A stretch of DNA of 52,330 bases from Candidatus Nanopelagicales bacterium. Lineage in GTDB: Bacteria > Actinomycetota > Actinomycetes > S36-B12. Each line of letters begins with the position of its first letter. Positions within the stretch are counted from its first letter, which is position 1. Location: NCBI GenBank assembly GCA_049431945.1, contig JBMTDJ010000006.1, positions 1 to 52,330 of the forward strand, written 5' to 3'. A program made the position numbers and the translations under genes. Positions 1-12,216 of this stretch are shown in pieces. The notes beneath the pieces are model-generated. The model was not told the origin of the DNA. It saw only the letters and a program-made list of their open reading frames with translations, and made no database searches.

Positions 1-688
1 CGAGCGGGCCCATGGGGTAGCCGCAACCGAGCCGCATCGCGGCATCGATGTCCTCCCGCGATGCGTAGTTGGCCTCGTACATCGTCACGGCTTGATTGAG
101 GTAGCCGAACAGGAGGGCATTGGCGATGAATCCAGCCCGATCACCGATGACCACAGGCTCCTTCCCGAGCGACCGCGCCAGCGCCTCGAGATCCTCCACG
201 ACATCGGGATCGGTGACCACGGTCGTGACAACTTCGACGAAGGCTTGCACCGGCGCGGGGTTGAAGAAGTGCAGCCCGGCGACACGAGCGGGTCGGCTCG
301 TCGCGACAGCGATATCGGTGACGGACAGCGATGAGGTGTTGGTTGCGAGGATGGCATGGGGCGGCGTGATCTTGTCCAAGCGTCCGAAGAGATCCCGCTT
401 GGCATCGAGGTCCTCGGGGATCGCTTCGACGACCAGGTCGGCGCCCGCGAGTTCCTCAAGGTTGGTGGAGAAGGTGATCCTGCCGAGAATCTCCGCACGC
501 TCCTCCTCCGTGAGCTTGCCGCGCTTCACGGCGCGCTGCGTCGAGCCGTCGATCGACCCGCGTCCGCGCTCGAGTGAGTCGTCCTCGGGCTCGATTGCGA
601 TCACCCGATGGCCGTGACGGGCGCACACCTCGGCGATGCCCGCGCCCATAGTGCCCAGGCCGACCACTCCAACAGTCCCGATCTCCAT
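1..688 (-). CDS. 3-hydroxybutyryl-CoA (3-hydroxyacyl-CoA) dehydrogenase, 3' end runs off the window
   Basis: Read manually: MEIGTVGVVGLGTMGAGIAEV (Rossmann GxGxxG), ILATNTSSL, GLHFFNPAPV, DRAGFIANALL, LGCGYPMGP. Not in the ORF track because no stop codon lies inside the window. Confidence 0.9.
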   Translation of the reverse strand, partial: MEIGTVGVVGLGTMGAGIAEVCARHGHRVIAIEPEDDSLERGRGSIDGSTQRAVKRGKLTEEERAEILGRITFSTNLEELAGADLVVEAIPEDLDAKRDLFGRLDKITPPHAILATNTSSLSVTDIAVATSRPARVAGLHFFNPAPVQAFVEVVTTVVTDPDVVEDLEALARSLGKEPVVIGDRAGFIANALLFGYLNQAVTMYEANYASREDIDAAMRLGCGYPMGPL

Positions 689-709
689 GCGGTGAGTCTC
701 CCATCCCGG

Positions 710-1381
710 TCAGAAGAGCCGTGCGTCTGCGTCGTCGGTGCCACGCAAGGCGGCATAGTCCAGCACCACACACCGGATCCCGCGATCCTCGGCGAGGGTG
801 CGCGCCTGGGGCTTGATCTCCTGCGCTGCGAAGATCCCGCTTACCGGCGCAAGGAGCGGATCGCGATTGAGCAATTCGAGGTAGCGCGTGAGTTGCTCGA
901 CTCCGTCGATTTCACCTCGACGCTTGATTTCGACCGCGACCGACGCGCCGGTCGCGTCACGGCACAGCAGGTCGACCGGGCCTATCGCCGTGGGGAACTC
1001 ACGCCTCACGAGGCGCCAGCCATCCCCGAGCATCTCGACCTGCTCGGCGAGCAATTCCTGCAAGTGCGCCTCGACCCCGTCCTTCACCAGCCCAGGATCG
1101 ACACCGAGTTCGTGCTCCGAGTCGTGGTGCACGTCGAACAGCCGGATGGTGAGCGTCTCACCGGCCCTGTTGGTCACCACCCAGGTCTGGTGCGCCTCGC
1201 CGTCCTCCACCGCCAGCCAGCACGGTGGGCTCATCCAGTTGAGCGGCTTGTAGGACCCTCCGTCGGCATGCACGAGCACGGAGCCGTCGGCCTTGACCAT
1301 GAGGACACGCACGGCCTCGGGCAGGTGCGCATCGAGGCGGCCCGAGTAGTCCACCGAGCACCGCGCGACGACGAGTCTCAT
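710..1381 (-). CDS. nucS: Mismatch-specific endonuclease NucS/EndoMS
   Basis: [57 protein letters not shown]. Confidence 0.95.
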   Translation of the reverse strand: MRLVVARCSVDYSGRLDAHLPEAVRVLMVKADGSVLVHADGGSYKPLNWMSPPCWLAVEDGEAHQTWVVTNRAGETLTIRLFDVHHDSEHELGVDPGLVKDGVEAHLQELLAEQVEMLGDGWRLVRREFPTAIGPVDLLCRDATGASVAVEIKRRGEIDGVEQLTRYLELLNRDPLLAPVSGIFAAQEIKPQARTLAEDRGIRCVVLDYAALRGTDDADARLF

Positions 1382-3378
1382 CGCGCCGCCGAGGCGAGTC
1401 CCCGAGCGGCACGCACCTCGTCGAGAACTCGCCCCATGATCGCCGTAGCGTCGTAGTCCTTAGGGGTGAACACCGCCGCGACACCTCTCTCGCGCAGGAA
1501 CTCAGCATCGGCATCGGGGATGATGCCGCCTACGACCACGACGGTGTCGTTCATTCCCGCAGCCCGAAGTCCCGCGACGACGGCGGGCACGAGCTCGCGG
1601 TGCGAGCCCGACAGGATCGAGATGCCGACGACATCGACGTCCTCATCGACAGCGGCAGCGACGATCTGCTCTGGAGTGAGTCTGATTCCCTGGTACACGA
1701 CCTCGAAGCCAGCATCGCGGGCACGCACAGCGATCTGCTCTGCGCCATTGGAGTGGCCGTCGAGTCCGGGCTTGGCTACGAGGAATCGCAGGCGCGTGCC
1801 GAGGGCCGCACCTGTCGCCTGCACAGCCTCCCGCACGGCGCTGAGTTCGTCGCTGGCCACCCCTGCGACGATCGACGCGGTCACGCCGGTTGGGGCGCGG
1901 TACTCCCCGAAGATCCGTCGGAGAGTGTCGGCCCACTCGCCCGTCGTCACTCCTGCGCGCGCGCAGTCAAGGGACGCGGCCATGAGATTGACGTCGGCCT
2001 GCGCATCCGCACGAAGTCGCTCCAGGGCTGCTTGGGCAGCGGACTCATCGCGCTGCGCTCGCCAGGCCCGCACGCTTTCGATCGCCTGGGTCGCCACCTC
2101 GGCATCCACCACCTGGATCGCGGCGTCGAGATCGGCGAGCATCGGATTGGGCTCGGTTTCGACATGCCTGTTGACGCCCACGATGACCTGTTCGCCGGAC
2201 TCCACTCGGGCTCGTCGCTCCGCGTGAGCCTGGACCAACTGAGACTTCATGTAGCCGCTCTCAATCGCCGCCACGGCCCCGCCCATCTCGGCGATGCGTG
2301 CCATCTCGTTGCGAGCCTGGCCGACAAGTCGATCGACAAGACCCTCGATGACGTGGGATCCGGCAAAGATGTCGTCGTACTCCAGCAGGTCCGTCTCTTC
2401 CGCGAGCACCTGTTGAATACGCAGCGACCACTGCTGGTCCCATGGTCGCGGCAGGCCGAGGGCCTCGTTCCACGCCGGGAGTTGGATCGCCCGGGCGCGG
2501 GCATCCTTGGACAACGTGACCGCGAGCATCTCCAGGACGATCCGCTGGACGTTGTTCTCGGGCTGCACCTCGGTGAGGCCGAGCGAATTGACCTGCACCC
2601 CATAGCGGAAGCGGCGCTGCTTGGGGTCCGTCACGCCATAGCGCTCAAGGGTGACCTCATCCCAGATCTGGACGAACGCCCGCATCTTCGCCATCTCCTC
2701 GATGAACCGCACGCCTGCGTTGACGAAGAACGACATGCGCGCGACGACCTCGCCGAATCGCTCGGCGGGAATCGCCCCGGAGTCACGAACGGAGTCGAGG
2801 ACCGCAATAGCCGTCGACATCGCGAAGGCGATCTCCTGAACGGGTGTCGCACCGGCCTCCTGCAGGTGATAGCTGCAGATGTTGATCGGGTTCCACTGCG
2901 GTGCGTGCTCGACGGTGTGAACGATCATGTCGGTGATGAGCCGCAGCGATGGACCGGGCGGGAAGATGTACGTGCCGCGCGACAGGTACTCCTTGATGAT
3001 GTCGTTCTGCGTGGTGCCCTGCAGCGCCGACTCGTCAACGCCCTGCTCCTCAGCGGTGACCGCGTAGAGCGCATAGAGCCACATCGCGGTCGCGTTGATG
3101 GTCATGGAGGTGTTCATCGTGTCGAGAGGAATGCCCTCGAACAGCAGGCGCATGTCGCCGAGATCGGCGATCGGCACCCCGACCTTTCCGACCTCGCCGG
3201 CGGCCATGGGACTGTCGGGGTCGTAGCCGGTCTGGGTGGGCAGGTCGAAGGCCACCGAGAGGCCCGTCTGGCCCTTGACGAGATTGCGGCGGTACAAGGC
3301 GTTGGACTCCGCGGGCGACGAGTGCCCAGCGTAGGTCCGCATGATCCAGGGGCGCTCCCGCCGACCGTCCCGATCCAT
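1378..3378 (-). CDS. meaA: B12-dependent ethylmalonyl-CoA mutase (MeaA/Ecm type, methylmalonyl-CoA mutase family)
   Basis: RTYAGH (Ecm-type rather than MCM RQYAGF), [16 protein letters not shown]-terminal B12 domain with DGHSNG; TAGGCT -10 box 6 nt before the ATG. Confidence 0.88.
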   Translation of the reverse strand: MDRDGRRERPWIMRTYAGHSSPAESNALYRRNLVKGQTGLSVAFDLPTQTGYDPDSPMAAGEVGKVGVPIADLGDMRLLFEGIPLDTMNTSMTINATAMWLYALYAVTAEEQGVDESALQGTTQNDIIKEYLSRGTYIFPPGPSLRLITDMIVHTVEHAPQWNPINICSYHLQEAGATPVQEIAFAMSTAIAVLDSVRDSGAIPAERFGEVVARMSFFVNAGVRFIEEMAKMRAFVQIWDEVTLERYGVTDPKQRRFRYGVQVNSLGLTEVQPENNVQRIVLEMLAVTLSKDARARAIQLPAWNEALGLPRPWDQQWSLRIQQVLAEETDLLEYDDIFAGSHVIEGLVDRLVGQARNEMARIAEMGGAVAAIESGYMKSQLVQAHAERRARVESGEQVIVGVNRHVETEPNPMLADLDAAIQVVDAEVATQAIESVRAWRAQRDESAAQAALERLRADAQADVNLMAASLDCARAGVTTGEWADTLRRIFGEYRAPTGVTASIVAGVASDELSAVREAVQATGAALGTRLRFLVAKPGLDGHSNGAEQIAVRARDAGFEVVYQGIRLTPEQIVAAAVDEDVDVVGISILSGSHRELVPAVVAGLRAAGMNDTVVVVGGIIPDADAEFLRERGVAAVFTPKDYDATAIMGRVLDEVRAARGLASAAR

Positions 3379-3443
3379 GGCCGCAGCCTACTCGCGGGTA
3401 ACCCGCGGTGGCGAGGTCGCGCCCGGTGCACCACCATGGGCCC

Positions 3444-3761
3444 GTGGGCACCAGCTACTCCTATGCCGTGGGGCCGCTCATGGCGTTCGTCTTCCTCGGG
3501 GTGCTCATCCTGCTGCTGCGCTGGGCCTTCCGCCGCGGAGTCTCCGTCGTGGCCGCTCCCCCGCGCCAGGGAGCTGCGAGCGACTACGGGCTGCTCGTCC
3601 CCGTTGCCACCCCACCGTCGTACGTCGAGGGCGAGATGATCCGACGTTCGCTCGAGGATGCGGGCATCAAGGCGACCCTCGCCCAGACTCTTGACGGACC
3701 GCGCGTCATGGTGTGGCCCGGCGACGAAAGCCGTGCCCGAGCCCAGCTCGACGCCCGCTGA
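3444..3761 (+). CDS. Small membrane protein, single TM helix plus a DUF2007-like C-terminal domain
   Basis: Hydrophobic LMAFVFLGVLILLLRWAF, then EGEMIRRSLEDAGIKATL; GTG start at 3444 chosen, the ORF extends to 3408. Confidence 0.6.
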   Translation: MGTSYSYAVGPLMAFVFLGVLILLLRWAFRRGVSVVAAPPRQGAASDYGLLVPVATPPSYVEGEMIRRSLEDAGIKATLAQTLDGPRVMVWPGDESRARAQLDAR

Positions 3762-3777
3762 GCGTCGACTGACCGCG

Positions 3778-5040
3778 CTAGCTCACGACGCGTGTGATGT
3801 CGGCACCGAGGCGCTGCAGGTCGGCAACGAAGCCGGCGTAGCCACGGTCGATGTGGTGCACCTCGTGCACCGTCGTCTCGCCGTCGGCGACGAGACCGGC
3901 GAGCACGAGACCCGCCCCGGCGCGGATGTCGGTGGCCTCCACAGGCGCACCGCTCAACTGGTCCTTGCCTCGGACGAGCGCGTGATGACCCTCGGTCTGC
4001 ACGTCGGCACCGAGGCGCACGAGTTCGTGGACGAATCGGAAGCGAGCCTCGAAGAGATTCTCCGTGACCAGGGCCGCGCCGTCGGCGATCGCGTTGAGCG
4101 CGATGAACTGCGGCTGCAGGTCCGTCGGGAAGCCGGGATAGGGAAGCGTGACGATATCGACAGCGGTCGGCCGCCGATCCATGGTGACCCTGAAGCCGTC
4201 ATCGAGCACGCTCACCTCGGCCCCAGCCGTGGTGAGCTTGTCGAGAGCGATGTCGAGGTGGCCGGCGTGAGCGTTGCGCACGGTGACATCGCCCCGCGTC
4301 ATGGCTGCCGCGACAGCCCAGGTGCCCGACACGATGCGATCCGGCACGGTGGCGTGCTCCACGGGCTTGAGGGACTCGACACCTTGCACCTCGAGGGTCG
4401 ACGAGCCGATGCCGTCGATGACGGCACCCATCTCCGTGAGCATCGTGCAGATGTCCACGATCTCCGGTTCGCGGGCAGCGTTGTCGATCACAGTGCGACC
4501 GCTCGCCGTCACCGCCGCCATGAGGAGCGTCTCCGTCGCCCCCACGCTGGGGAAGTCGAGCCAGATGGTCGCACCATGCAGGCCGGCCGAGGCCTGCGCG
4601 ATGAGGTAGCCATGCTCACTGGTGACCTCGGCGCCCATGCGCTGCAGCCCGCCGATGTGCATGTCCAGGCCACGCGAGCCGATGTTGTCACCGCCCGGCA
4701 GGGCGACGTCGACGACTCCGCAGCGGGCCAGCAGCGGGCCGAGGACCGTGATCGACGCGCGCATGCGCCGGACGAGGTCGTAGTCCGCGCGATGCTCGAG
4801 CGCCTCGGGAACGTCGATGACCACCGTGCCCTCAGCCGCGTCGTGATCGACGGTGCAGCCGAGACGGCGCAGGAGTTCGGCCATGATCTCGACGTCGAGG
4901 ATGTCCGGAGCCTCGGTCAAGGTCGAGCGCCCGGGCGCCAGGAGTGCCGCAGCCATGAGTTTGAGCACGCTGTTCTTGGCGCCGGTGACCCTCACCTCGC
5001 CGCTCAGCCGAGCGCCGCCGACGACGCGCAGGACCTCCAC
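3778..5040 (-). CDS. murA: UDP-N-acetylglucosamine 1-carboxyvinyltransferase
   Basis: [24 protein letters not shown] (Asp at the position of the fosfomycin-target Cys), [21 protein letters not shown]. Confidence 0.97.
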   Translation of the reverse strand: MEVLRVVGGARLSGEVRVTGAKNSVLKLMAAALLAPGRSTLTEAPDILDVEIMAELLRRLGCTVDHDAAEGTVVIDVPEALEHRADYDLVRRMRASITVLGPLLARCGVVDVALPGGDNIGSRGLDMHIGGLQRMGAEVTSEHGYLIAQASAGLHGATIWLDFPSVGATETLLMAAVTASGRTVIDNAAREPEIVDICTMLTEMGAVIDGIGSSTLEVQGVESLKPVEHATVPDRIVSGTWAVAAAMTRGDVTVRNAHAGHLDIALDKLTTAGAEVSVLDDGFRVTMDRRPTAVDIVTLPYPGFPTDLQPQFIALNAIADGAALVTENLFEARFRFVHELVRLGADVQTEGHHALVRGKDQLSGAPVEATDIRAGAGLVLAGLVADGETTVHEVHHIDRGYAGFVADLQRLGADITRVVS

Positions 5041-5093
5041 GGCCCCATGCTAGGGCCGAGGGCTCGGGCGGCCGCGCCACCTCGCGCCGGGAT

Positions 5094-5185
5094 GCAGCGC
5101 TCCCCGTCGACCACATGGCTGCGGGCAGCGCTCCCCGTCGACCACATGGCTGCTGGCAGCGCTCCCCGTCGACCATGTGGCTGCC
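5094..5185. repeat. Three tandem 31-bp repeats (gcagcgctccccgtcgaccacatggctgcng) in the murA/pduO divergent spacer
   Basis: Units start at 5094, 5125 and 5156; flanked by a direct repeat ggcggccgcgccacctcgcg at 5067-5086 and 5227-5246. Confidence 0.9.
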
Positions 5186-5276
5186 ATTCGGTCGACGGCA
5201 CCGACCCCACTGGGCCCGAGGACTCCGGCGGCCGCGCCACCTCGCGGTCCCTCCAGGCGTCCCCTAGGGTCGAGTC

Positions 5277-5861
5277 ATGGTCAACCTCACGCGCATCTAC
5301 ACCCGCACGGGCGATGACGGCTCCACCTCGCTGGGTGACATGTCGCGCACGACCAAGACCGATCTGCGCCTGGAGGCCTACGCCGACGTCGACGAGGGCA
5401 ACTCCTGCATCGGCGTCGCCGTTGCCTCAGGCGGGCTCAACGCGGACATCGTCGAACTCCTCACCGGCGTGCAGAACGACCTCTTCGACGTGGGCGCCGA
5501 TCTGTGCACCCCGATCGTGCCCAACCCGGAGTATCCGCCCCTGCGCATCACCCCGGAGTACGTCGAGCGCCTGGAGAAGGCGTGCGACGACTACAACTCA
5601 CGCCTTGAGCCACTGCGGTCCTTCATCCTGCCCGGGGGCACCCTCGGAGCCGCCCAGTTGCACGTCGCGCGCACCGTCATCCGACGCGCCGAGCGCGCCA
5701 CGTGGAGGGCTATCGAGGAGTACGGCGAGTCGATCAACCCGCTCACCGCGCTCTACCTCAATCGTCTGTCGGACCTGCTCTTCATCCTCGCCCGCTGCGC
5801 CAATCTCGGCATCGGCGGCGATGTCCTCTGGCAGCCCGGCGGCGGCCGCTCCGACTCCTGA
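5277..5861 (+). CDS. ATP:cob(I)alamin adenosyltransferase, PduO type
   Basis: MVNLTRIYTRTGDDGST, AYADVDE, SFILPGG, RTVIRRAER, YLNRLSDLLFILAR. Confidence 0.95.
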   Translation: MVNLTRIYTRTGDDGSTSLGDMSRTTKTDLRLEAYADVDEGNSCIGVAVASGGLNADIVELLTGVQNDLFDVGADLCTPIVPNPEYPPLRITPEYVERLEKACDDYNSRLEPLRSFILPGGTLGAAQLHVARTVIRRAERATWRAIEEYGESINPLTALYLNRLSDLLFILARCANLGIGGDVLWQPGGGRSDS

Positions 5862-5945
5862 GCTGCCCATAGCTGGGCGCCGCACCGGCTAGCGAGCGTT
5901 TCCTACGCCAAGGAGTCTCGTGTGCTCATACGACGACCGAGCTTG

Positions 5946-6338
5946 CTAGCGACTGCCGACGGCGACCGCGAGGCGCGTCTCGGCGCGCTTGGCGGCCTGG
6001 GCCTCCGGGTCGTCCTCGCCACTCGCTGCAGCCTTAGCGCGCTCGAGGGCAGCCTTGGCGCGCTCGACATCGATCTCCTCCGCCAGCTCCGCGGTCTCGG
6101 CGATGACGTTGACCTGGTCGGAGTCGACGGAGAAGAACCCGCCGTGTACGGCGACGAGGACCTTGGTGCCGTCGGTCGTCTCGATGCGCAGGGGTGCATC
6201 GAGCAGGAGAGCGAGCACCGGCGAGTGGCCGGGCAGGATGCCGATCTCCCCGTCGGGGGTCTTGGCGACGATGCTCTTGGCCGTGCCCTGCCAGATGGCG
6301 CGCTCAGCCGACACGAGGGCGACCTTGAGCTCAGCCAC
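5946..6338 (-). CDS. atpC: ATP synthase F1 epsilon subunit
   Basis: ELKVALVSAER, GEIGILPGHSP, VHGGFFSV, EEIDVERAKAA; GTG start at 6338. Confidence 0.95.
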   Translation of the reverse strand: MAELKVALVSAERAIWQGTAKSIVAKTPDGEIGILPGHSPVLALLLDAPLRIETTDGTKVLVAVHGGFFSVDSDQVNVIAETAELAEEIDVERAKAALERAKAAASGEDDPEAQAAKRAETRLAVAVGSR

Positions 6339-6340
6339 GA

Positions 6341-7864
<1,524 letters not shown>

Positions 7865-8773
7865 CTAGGCGGAGGCCAGCGCGTCGGCGCCGCCGACGAT
7901 CTCGCTGATCTCCTGGGTGATCTCGGCCTGGCGGGCCGCGTTGGCCTGGCGGGTGAGGGAGCGGATGAGCTCCTCGGCGTTGTCGGTCGCGGACTTCATC
8001 GCGCGCCGGCGGGCCGCGTGCTCCGAGGCCGCCGACATGAGCAGCGCGGTGTAGACGGCGTGATCGATGTAGCGCGGCAGGAGTGCGTCAAGAACCGTGT
8101 CGGCGCCCGGCTCGAACTCGTAGAGCGGGAAGGGCAGGGACTCCCCGGACTTCGCCTCGACGACCTCGTCGACGATCTCGAGCGGCAGCACACGGCGCAC
8201 CCGCACCTGCTGCACGGCCATGTTGGTGAAGTGGGTGTAGACGATGTGGATCTCGTCGATACCGCCTTCAGACTCCGGCGTGAGGAAGGCCTGAAGCAGG
8301 TCATCGCCGATCCGACGGGCGTCGGCGTACGTCGGCTGGTCCGTGAAGCCGGTGTACTCCCCGCCCATCTGGACCCCGCGGAAGCGGTACCACGCGACAC
8401 CCTTGCGGCCGACGACGTACGGCGTCACCTGCAGGCCCTGCTCGTTGAGCAGGCGGGTCAGCGCAGCTGCCTCGCGGATCGCGTTGACGGAGTATGCGCC
8501 AGCCAGGCCTCGATCAGCGGTGATGACGAGCACGGCCGCACGGTCGCGGACCTCGGGGGCGCGCACGAGCGGGTGGTTGCCAATGTCGCTCGCGTGGCTC
8601 GCCGCCGCTGACACCGCCTGGGTGAGCTGGAGCAGGTACGGCGTCGACGCCTCGAGGCGCTGCTGCGCCTTGACGATGCGCGATGACGCGATCAGCTCCA
8701 TCGCCTTGGTGATCTTCTTCGTCGCCTGGACGGACCTGATCCGTCGGCGGAAGACCCTTAGCTGCGCACCCAT
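7865..8773 (-). CDS. atpG: ATP synthase F1 gamma subunit
   Basis: MGAQLRVFRRRIRSV..KITKAMELIA, TADRGLAGAY, ARQAEITQEISEIVGGA; ATG at 8773. Confidence 0.98.
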   Translation of the reverse strand: MGAQLRVFRRRIRSVQATKKITKAMELIASSRIVKAQQRLEASTPYLLQLTQAVSAAASHASDIGNHPLVRAPEVRDRAAVLVITADRGLAGAYSVNAIREAAALTRLLNEQGLQVTPYVVGRKGVAWYRFRGVQMGGEYTGFTDQPTYADARRIGDDLLQAFLTPESEGGIDEIHIVYTHFTNMAVQQVRVRRVLPLEIVDEVVEAKSGESLPFPLYEFEPGADTVLDALLPRYIDHAVYTALLMSAASEHAARRRAMKSATDNAEELIRSLTRQANAARQAEITQEISEIVGGADALASA

Positions 8774-8792
8774 GACATATCTCCCTAGTCGC

Positions 8793-10427
8793 CTAGGCCC
8801 GCCGGGTCCGGGTGATCTGGGTCGGGTCGATCTCCTCCTCGGACAGCGCCGCAACCGGCTCGTCCTTGATGAGCATCTCGCCGGTATGGGTCGTGAACTG
8901 GCGCTTGAAGGTGTTGATCGCTGACGTCAGCGTCGTCACGGTGTCATCCGAGAGATCCGACGTCTGGCGGATCGTCTCGAAGACACCCGGGTGATCCCGC
9001 TGGATGTAGTCGAGGAACTCCGCATCGAAGCGACGGATGTCCTCGACCGGCACATCGTCGAGCTGGCCGGTCGTGCCCGACCACACCGACACGACCTCGC
9101 GCTCCATGGCCTGCGGCTGGTACTGCGGCTGCTTGAGCAGCTCCACCAGGCGCGTGCCGCGCGCGAGCTGCGCCTTGGATGCCGAGTCCAGGTCGGAGCC
9201 GAAGGCCGCGAAGGCCTCGAGCTCGCGGAACTGCGCGAGATTGAGGCGCAGGCTGCCGGCGACCTTCTTCATCGCCTTGGGCTGAGCGGATCCGCCGACG
9301 CGCGACACCGAGATGCCGACGTTGATGGCCGGGCGCACACCGGAGTTGAACAGGTCCGACTCCAGGAAGCACTGGCCGTCGGTGATGGAGATGACGTTGG
9401 TCGGGATGAACGCCGACACGTCGTTGGCCTTCGTCTCGATGATCGGCAGGCCGGTCATCGAGCCCGCGCCCATCTCGTCACTGAGCTTGGCGCAGCGCTC
9501 GAGCAGGCGGGAGTGCAGGTAGAAGACGTCACCGGGGTACGCCTCGCGGCCCGGAGGACGACGCAGCAGCAGCGACACGGCGCGGTAGGCCTCGGCCTGC
9601 TTCGACAGGTCGTCGAACACGATGAGGACGTGCTTGCCCTGGTACATCCAGTGCTGGCCGATGGCCGAGCCGGTGTAGGGCGCGAGGTACTTGAAGCCGG
9701 CCGGGTCGGAAGCGGGTGCGGCGACGATGGTGGTGTACTCCATCGCGCCGTACTCCTCGAGCGCACCCTTGACCGAGGCGATGGTGGACCCCTTCTGACC
9801 GATCGCGACGTAGATGCAGCGCACCTGCTTGTTGGGATCGCCGGTCTCCCAGTTGGCACGCTGGTTGATGATCGTGTCGAGGCAGACAGCCGTCTTGCCG
9901 GTCTGGCGGTCACCGATGATGAGCTGGCGCTGTCCGCGACCGATGGCCGTCATGGCGTCGATGGCCTTGATGCCGGTCTGCATCGGCTCCTTGACGGGCT
10001 GACGCTGGACGACGGTGGGGGCCTGGACCTCAAGAGCACGGCGACCCTCGGACTCGACCGGACCCTTGCCGTCGATGGGGTTACCGAGCGGGTCGACGAC
10101 GCGGCCGAGGTAACCGTCGCCCACGGGGACGGAGAGCACCTCGCCGGTGCGGCGTACGGTCTGGCCCTCTTCGATGCGCGAGCCATCGCCGAGGAGGACG
10201 ACGCCGATCTCACGCACGTCGAGGTTGAGGGCGAGGCCGAGCAGGCCGCCCTCGAACTCGAGGAGCTCGTTGGTCATCGCCGAGTGCAAACCCTCGACAC
10301 GAGCGATGCCATCTCCTGTCTCGATCACGCGGCCGACCTCTTCGCGGGCCGTGGTGGGCGAGTACGACGAGACGTTTCGCTCGATCGCACTCCGGATCTC
10401 GTCCGGTCGGATCGTCAGCTCCGTCAT
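8793..10427 (-). CDS. atpA: ATP synthase F1 alpha subunit
   Basis: [45 protein letters not shown]; ATG at 10427 with AAGGAG SD. Confidence 0.99.
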   Translation of the reverse strand: MTELTIRPDEIRSAIERNVSSYSPTTAREEVGRVIETGDGIARVEGLHSAMTNELLEFEGGLLGLALNLDVREIGVVLLGDGSRIEEGQTVRRTGEVLSVPVGDGYLGRVVDPLGNPIDGKGPVESEGRRALEVQAPTVVQRQPVKEPMQTGIKAIDAMTAIGRGQRQLIIGDRQTGKTAVCLDTIINQRANWETGDPNKQVRCIYVAIGQKGSTIASVKGALEEYGAMEYTTIVAAPASDPAGFKYLAPYTGSAIGQHWMYQGKHVLIVFDDLSKQAEAYRAVSLLLRRPPGREAYPGDVFYLHSRLLERCAKLSDEMGAGSMTGLPIIETKANDVSAFIPTNVISITDGQCFLESDLFNSGVRPAINVGISVSRVGGSAQPKAMKKVAGSLRLNLAQFRELEAFAAFGSDLDSASKAQLARGTRLVELLKQPQYQPQAMEREVVSVWSGTTGQLDDVPVEDIRRFDAEFLDYIQRDHPGVFETIRQTSDLSDDTVTTLTSAINTFKRQFTTHTGEMLIKDEPVAALSEEEIDPTQITRTRRA

Positions 10428-10503
10428 GGTGCCTGCTCTCCTTCTTCGGTCGCTTGTCGCGACGTCTTTCGTGTGCGTGCGGGTAAGACTTCGGTAGTTC
10501 TGG

Positions 10504-11313
10504 TTAGCCGAGCATCGTCCGGCGGGCTTGCTCGAGTCGTGATGCGACGGTGCCGTCGATGACCTCATCGCCGACCGTCACGAGGACTCCCCCGAGGACA
10601 GCCGGGTCGATGGCGACGTTGAGCCGGACACGCCGGCCCTTGAGGGCGCTGAGCGCCTCAGCCAGGCGACGCTCCTGATCGGCATCCAGCGGCTGGGCGA
10701 CCCGGACCTCCGCGACGATGCGCTGGCGCTGGCGCGCAGCCGCGTCGGCGAGATCGTCGACCACCGCGTCGATGCGACGGCCGTGCAGGTGACCCACGGC
10801 GTAGCCGAGGACGAGCCTCGTCGTCGCCGTAGAGCGGTCGCGCAGGAGGTCCTCGACGATTCCGGCCTTGGCCTGCGCCGACAGCGCGGGATCAGTGAGG
10901 GCCATCTGCAGGTCGGGCGAGGAGTCGATCGCCCGACCGAAGCGGAAGATCTCGTCCTCGGTGGCATCGAGATCGCCTGCGGCGTCGGCCACCATGAAGG
11001 CCGCCTGGTCCGCAAGGGACTCGATGCCGAGCAGCAGGTCCTCGTCGGAGGACCAGCGGTGACGGGCAGCCTCCTGCATGACCTGCAGGGCCAGCGGGCT
11101 GACGCGCGACGCCAGGAGCGACGCCGCGAGTGCCGCGCGCGAGTCGGCCGATTGACCAGAGTCGGCGAGGGCCGTGCGCAGCGTCTTCTCGCGATCGAGG
11201 AGATCGGCGACCGAGAAGAGCTCGGCCGGAAGCCCGGCCAGTCCCTCGGCGCCACGCTGGCCATCGAGCCAGTCGGAGAGTTCCGACAGGCTGCTACGAC
11301 TCGCACCCAACAT
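10504..11313 (-). CDS. atpH: ATP synthase delta subunit (long actinobacterial form)
   Basis: Operon position; C-terminal [22 protein letters not shown]. Confidence 0.93.
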   Translation of the reverse strand: MLGASRSSLSELSDWLDGQRGAEGLAGLPAELFSVADLLDREKTLRTALADSGQSADSRAALAASLLASRVSPLALQVMQEAARHRWSSDEDLLLGIESLADQAAFMVADAAGDLDATEDEIFRFGRAIDSSPDLQMALTDPALSAQAKAGIVEDLLRDRSTATTRLVLGYAVGHLHGRRIDAVVDDLADAAARQRQRIVAEVRVAQPLDADQERRLAEALSALKGRRVRLNVAIDPAVLGGVLVTVGDEVIDGTVASRLEQARRTMLG

Positions 11314-11888
11314 CAGCGGCCTGCCTCCTGCTGCGAGACCTGGGCCTCGAGATCGGCGAGGAAGGAGTCGACGGTCGCCTTGACGCGGGCATCGTCGGTG
11401 AGGGTCTGCCCCACGACCTTGCCCGCAAGGGCGACGGCGACCTCGCCCACCTGGCGCGTGAGCTGCGAGGTGGCCTGGGCACGCTCAGCCGCGAGCTGCG
11501 CCTCAGCCTGCGCCGTGACGGCTGCGGCGGCGGTGCGTGCCTCCGCGCGAGCCTCCTCGACGATGGCCGCGCGGTCCGCCTGAGCCTGCGTGCGGATAGC
11601 GGCAGCCTCCTCGCGAGCCGAGGCGAGTGCAGCGCGGTACTCCTCGAGCGCGCGCTGGGCCTCAGCCTGGGCCTCCTCGGCCTTGCGCAGACCCCCTTCG
11701 ATCGCATCGGAACGAGCGGCGAGGGTCTCCTTGATCTTGGGCAGCGCGACCTTGGCGAGGACGCCGAAGACGATGAAGAACGCCAGCAGGCCGACGACCA
11801 ACTCGTCGATCGGCACCGCCAGGACGCTCGGCATCGGCTCGTTCTCTCCGCCGGCAGCCATGAGCTGGCCCGTAAGGAAGTTCGACAC
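11313..11888 (-). CDS. atpF: ATP synthase F0 subunit b
   Basis: N-terminal TM helix then an Ala/Glu coiled coil (IEGGLRKAEEAQAEA); the start may be the ATG at 11861. Confidence 0.93.
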   Translation of the reverse strand: MSNFLTGQLMAAGGENEPMPSVLAVPIDELVVGLLAFFIVFGVLAKVALPKIKETLAARSDAIEGGLRKAEEAQAEAQRALEEYRAALASAREEAAAIRTQAQADRAAIVEEARAEARTAAAAVTAQAEAQLAAERAQATSQLTRQVGEVAVALAGKVVGQTLTDDARVKATVDSFLADLEAQVSQQEAGR

Positions 11889-11899
11889 GGGTGATCCGA

Positions 11900-12178
<279 letters not shown>

Positions 12179-12216
12179 TTATTCGGTTGTGGTGGTGCGG
12201 GTAGTGCGGGTCGAAC

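Noticed and set aside
5094-5185. Possible mini-CRISPR array
   Set aside because: The units are directly tandem with no unique spacers, and no cas genes are present.
5903-5945. Remnant of the DUF2550 gene often found after atpC
   Set aside because: Only an 8-codon ORF (MSTRDSLA) with no recognisable similarity; the gene seems simply absent.
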